From assembly GCA_002256025.1 (NCBI GenBank), contig NKIB01012640.1:1-64000 (forward strand): DNA of 64,000 nt, read 5' to 3'. The DNA comes from Asterionella formosa. Taxonomy: Eukaryota. Numbering within the stretch: position 1 is the first letter of the stretch; every line of letters starts with the position of its first letter. This document shows positions 60,023 to 64,000 of the stretch, piece after piece. The position numbers and the translations under genes are program-made. The notes under the pieces were generated by a model, which saw only the letters and a list, made by a program, of their open reading frames with translations, did no database searches and had not been told where the DNA came from.

Positions 60023-61596
60023 GCCAAATTAGTATGCACACGTACTCGGAGTACCATGTACTTTATGTTGGCTGAGAAACAACCTTGGTGGTGTTCGCGT
60101 TCATCACTCGCTGCGTCCCTCCATACCTCTGTCCTCGAAGAAAATCTCAATGCAGGAACGGATTCCAGGTTCCTACGCTCGATGCATGTGACTGCATACA
60201 TTTCTGTCCTTTGAGTCCTGCCACCAATTCCAGGGTGGTGTATATCATATCAGTAGTCCCAATGAGAAACAAATGAATAAATTAACGAGCATGCGTTTCT
60301 GGACAAAAGAGTATAGCTTAAGTTTTGTGCATGCCCAGACTTATGATGAGCTGGCCAGCATCCATGTCGATGATTTCATCAGCCTCCCTTTTGAGGTCAG
60401 CCACAAAGAGAGCAATCGATGATGTATTGACACTGTAATAGTGTCAAATCTTTCTCCTTCTATTGTTTGGAAAAGAGTCAATGAAAAAATGGGGGTTTGG
60501 AGCAAACATTCAGGACACGAGAGTGAGGTTCGACTATTTCTAGAATACTTAGAACATATATCAATTGCTTAGAAAATTTTGAAGTAATTGTTTTAGAAAA
60601 TCAACTATAGTGGAGTTACTTGGGTTGCATTGTAGCCCAGGATTGTAAATGTTGGACATTGAAGTTGGGTGAGGAGCCCATGCAGCTCTTGGCTGTGTAT
60701 GGCGGAAAAATATTTTTTGTAACTGTAATAGTAGCTAGGTGTGAGTCAGGCAAGGAGCCCATGTGGCTCATAGAGTAAAGTGGATATAAGAGTCGGGATT
60801 GTAACCCGGAAAGTTTAATGGTGCAATTTTGAAAATATACTTAGAACATCTATTATTCGTAACACAAATAGCATGCACTATGATCTGGCTGTTGCCAAGT
60901 CCCTATTTTTTCCTTGCATCTCTCACACAAATTTCCATTATGCAATTGGCAATGCATAGACTCCTCTACTTGGTTGCATGGATGTCATGCTCACTGCATC
61001 ATGGTGACAGTCTCCACCAGCCATCTACCAGTGATCTCCAAGATGATGTTTGACCACTGATTTGGTCAAAGATGTCAATCCTGTTCAAAACAAGTTATAA
61101 AACAGTTATATCCAACCCATTTTTTGTTCTGGGCATCTCCAGATTCACACAAGCTATACTGTTGTTCAATGATTCAAGCTTGCTCGTCCTTCACAACAGT
61201 TGTCATATCCATTCTTGTCACAAATGGAACTTTTTCTTGTTCTGTGGCAGGTCATGGGAGGCAGCAAACTTGAGGCAAAGTCTAGTAATTCCTGTGCCGC
61301 TGCATCACTGGCAGGAGGGAAGATTGGAGCGATTTGATTTTGTGGTTGCATAATAGCTGGGGAATCTTCACACTAAATAGATCATATATACTAAACGAAA
61401 TTGTGTGCTGATAGCGCTGATCATGGCGGTTATGTTGATAGTAAATCAAGCGGTGCAGGAGGTTTTAAAATTGTTGAGTAAACCAACAGAATAATACCAA
61501 CATGGTTAATTTGATTTTAACAAACGTTTAAGCGCTAAATAGTATATTCATAGGGTCAGGGGTTTTGCTAATACTAGGCCAACAGGGCCTACCTTG

Positions 61597-61692
61597 TGGC
61601 CCCAGAAATAGCCCCCACCATACCTGATTGTGTCCCAGAAATTGCACCCAGCCATACCTGCTGATTATGCCCCTTAAATTTGCATCCAGCCT
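61597..61692. repeat. Degenerate ~36 bp tandem repeat x3
   Basis: CCCAGAAAT.GC.CCC..CCATACCTG repeated. Confidence 0.6.
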
Positions 61693-61745
61693 TACAAACT
61701 GTACAACACATCAACTACTGGAGAGGGGCCTGTCTGCATTATTGA

Positions 61746-61777
61746 TACTGGTACCTGGTACTGGTACTGTACTGGTA
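61746..61777. repeat. TA-spacer array next to the TIR elements
   Basis: TA-CTGG-TA-CCTGG-TA-CTGG-TA-CTG-TA-CTGG-TA. Confidence 0.88.
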
Positions 61778-61871
61778 GTTGCGTTGATGTGATGGTGTGA
61801 TGTGATGTAACACAAGCTATGTACTGGTATGTCATAGACCAACACTAAATACTGATATATACTACCAGATA

Positions 61872-63390
61872 CCCAAGTAAAAAACTGCATTGACCCACTG
61901 ATGGTATAAAAAGCACATTTTGTTTTAAAAAATCATTCATTTTCTATTACTTAAGCTCCAGAATGTTTCCTGAGCATATATCAGATGGAGTCATACTGCT
62001 AGTTCTCAGCTGATTGGATGTCAATCTTTTGTTAATTTTGGTCAAAAGTGGCAATCAAAAAAAGTGAAAAGCACAGATTATCCCAAGTTTGGATTTCTCA
62101 TCTTATATTGTATACAATGAGGTATATAAATTTCTTGCATTTTATGTCTTATCCATAACCTTGTTAATAATAAATCTGTACATAAAAATTGATGAGACTT
62201 GGAGCGGCCAGCCATGTAATACCGGTATCTATGTAGGCAGAGCATCATAAGTACCTGGTACCAGTAAAAAACTGCCATGACCAATTGAGAATATTTTTGA
62301 ACTGCCGTGACCCATTGAACGCAGAATAACACGTTTTGCAATCAAAACTCAAATAAATATAGATTTTGAGACTTCTGGCTTCTTCCCGAGAATATAGGCT
62401 AGTCAGCCATGTAATTAGTTTGAGATTTGGAGCAAGTTATTCATCAATAACACGGATTAGGGTAAGTTTAGAAGTCACCACATCATATGATATACGATGA
62501 TCAACATAATGATTTGAACCTTCACCTCATTTGCGACAATATAGTAAATCTTGTCTTGGTATTGACTTCTATGGAGATGGCAAATTATTTAGGCACATAG
62601 CATCATCATGCAAATGCATAATGTATGATTACGGGTATAACAGGTAGGGAGTACCTACCAGGTTTTCATCGCACCTTTCTAATAACACACATGCCAAGTG
62701 CTTTAACACATGACCTCATCTGTCCTCAAAAATGTATATAAATTTATATACGTTTATCTGGAAAAAAAGTATATACTGCCGTGACCCACCATTGAAATCA
62801 CTTTTTAGCTGTTTTAATTATCATTGTATCTTTCTGATGAAATTGTTCAATCAGAATTCTAACACAACAGCTTGATTTATCGATGCTGCTCTGACACTAT
62901 CGAACAAACGGATCTGCAATTTGGTAGAATTTACCATTAGTTGGAGGAGTCAAACAAACACCCTAACTCAATGGGTCATGGCAGTTTTTTACTGGTACCT
63001 ACCCATGATGCGACCAAAACTGGTACATCTATAGTACCAGGAATGGTACTGGCTGGTACCAATTTAATGTATGGAGCATCATGCATTTTATGTCTTTTCA
63101 CTTTCAACCAAACAGGATAATCCATGTTCACCAATGAATATAAAATTACTTCCAGGTATGGTAAAATTTTCATTCACTGCATTGACCCATTGAGACTGAA
63201 TTTTACATCTAGATGAAAAAAAATATCTTCTGAACCAGATGTTCAATTTAACTAGGAACAGGATGCTAATGTACCGATGCCTTATGACATCAATACTTCT
63301 GAACAAATTTCAGAGAGAGGCGAGCTAAGTGTTAGTCGAACTGATCAAACGAATGGGATAAAACAGTGGGTCAATGCAGTTTTCTACTGG
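61872..63390. mobile_element. Outer non-autonomous TIR element (TA-flanked, CCAG...CTGG-type ends)
   Basis: Left AGTAAAAAACTGCATTGACCCACTG (61876-61900) matches the reverse complement of 63364-63388 at 24/25. The right end is followed by TA-CCAGG-TA; the left extreme is slightly degenerate (TA-CCCAAG). Confidence 0.8.
62261..62995. mobile_element. Inner 735 bp non-autonomous TIR element (MITE) with TA target-site duplication, nested in a related element
   Basis: 29 bp TIRs CCAGTAAAAAACTGCCATGACC(A/C)ATTGAG match at 28/29; TA at 62259-62260 and 62996-62997; internal ACTGCCGTGACCCA copies at ~62301 and ~62776; no ORF. Confidence 0.88.
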
Positions 63391-63840
63391 TACCAGGTAT
63401 CAACAGCCACCTATATGCAATGAACCAGGCCGAATGTTAATTTTTGACTCCCATGGCGACTTCACTGCCGCGCCTCCAATTTGATGACAGGAGTCGCCAC
63501 ATTGATTTCTTAATTTGGAACAATCACAACCAAACAGGACTTTCTGATGCGAAAAGCTTCAAGAATGTCTAAATTCCCTCTACTTCAATTGACATTACTG
63601 GGAGTTGCCAGCTTAGAATAATTCGGTGTGGATGCGAACGCGAATTCTTTCTATGCTTGTCGGGGTTCGCATATTCTCACAGCAAATAGTATGGAAGGCA
63701 TGGTATTCGCTCCCACTACTGGTACCTGGACACCTTGCGAATTCCTCATTTGATTCCCTGATTTGCTTAGCAATCACAATTTGGGGAACACAAAATTCTC
63801 TCCTGCTATTATCGACTTGTTACTTCTCACAACCAACATC

Positions 63841-64000
63841 ATGTTTTCTCGCTCTACTAAAATCCTCTCTCGCGCCACTGCCATGAAGCGCACTATGTCC
63901 ACTTTATACGCCACCAAATCGGCCAAGTCTATTATTGGTATCGGAATCGTTGCTTCCGCTGTGATTCTCATGGCCCCAAAGGACGAATTCGATGATTTAG
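63841..64000 (+). CDS. 5' end of a probable mitochondrial protein (runs off the window)
   Basis: CAACATC-ATG then MFSRSTKILSRATAMKRTMSTLYATKSAKSIIGIGIVASAVILMAPKDEFDDL: a basic/hydroxylated presequence plus a hydrophobic segment, open to the window end; absent from the ORF track. Confidence 0.65.
   Translation, partial: MFSRSTKILSRATAMKRTMSTLYATKSAKSIIGIGIVASAVILMAPKDEFDDL

Noticed and set aside
59771..60214. ORFs rich in VPGT/WYQV/GTGT (also ~21125-21629, 35171-35395, 50776-50979, 56139-56464)
   Set aside because: These are by-products of stop-poor GGTACC-type repeats, open on both strands, with no protein-like features.
63774..63971. 65-aa minus-strand ORF at the window end
   Set aside because: The + strand frame from 63841 gives a more convincing start context and presequence.

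Overview
Eukaryotic nuclear DNA, very probably from a diatom: short GT-AG introns, several bipartite signal+ASAFAP-type plastid presequences, a diatom-type front-end delta-6 desaturase and an algal-type Hv1. About 19 host genes (mostly 1-3 exons) sit in compact islands separated by 1-5 kb AT-rich blocks of decayed transposons: pogo-like DDE, DD39D-type mariner, a probable Crypton fragment and non-autonomous TIR elements. Recognisable genes include a TBC1D20-like RabGAP, a GT64 glycosyltransferase, an SLC38-type transporter, a PPR-like protein, a RING-H2 E3, a CLC-6/7-like antiporter, a Lon-N domain protein, an S1-domain protein, a PhyH dioxygenase, PCIF1-like, Grx5, CCB3, an SGNH-like protein, Hv1 and the desaturase. 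The most striking unexplained structure is a set of non-coding arrays of the form TA-x-TA-x-TA, where x is mostly CCGG, CCAGG, CCTGG, CCAG, CTGG or TGG, found upstream of most genes. These spacers can be written as a prefix of CCAG plus a suffix of CTGG. Those are exactly the termini of two nested, TA-flanked TIR elements at 61.9-63.4 kb, which themselves sit in such units. This suggests the arrays are stacked excision footprints of a promoter-homing, self-targeting Tc1/mariner-type element (inference). A secreted acidic RXL-motif protein with silacidin-like architecture is also notable. All calls come from reading the sequence only; no searches were run.
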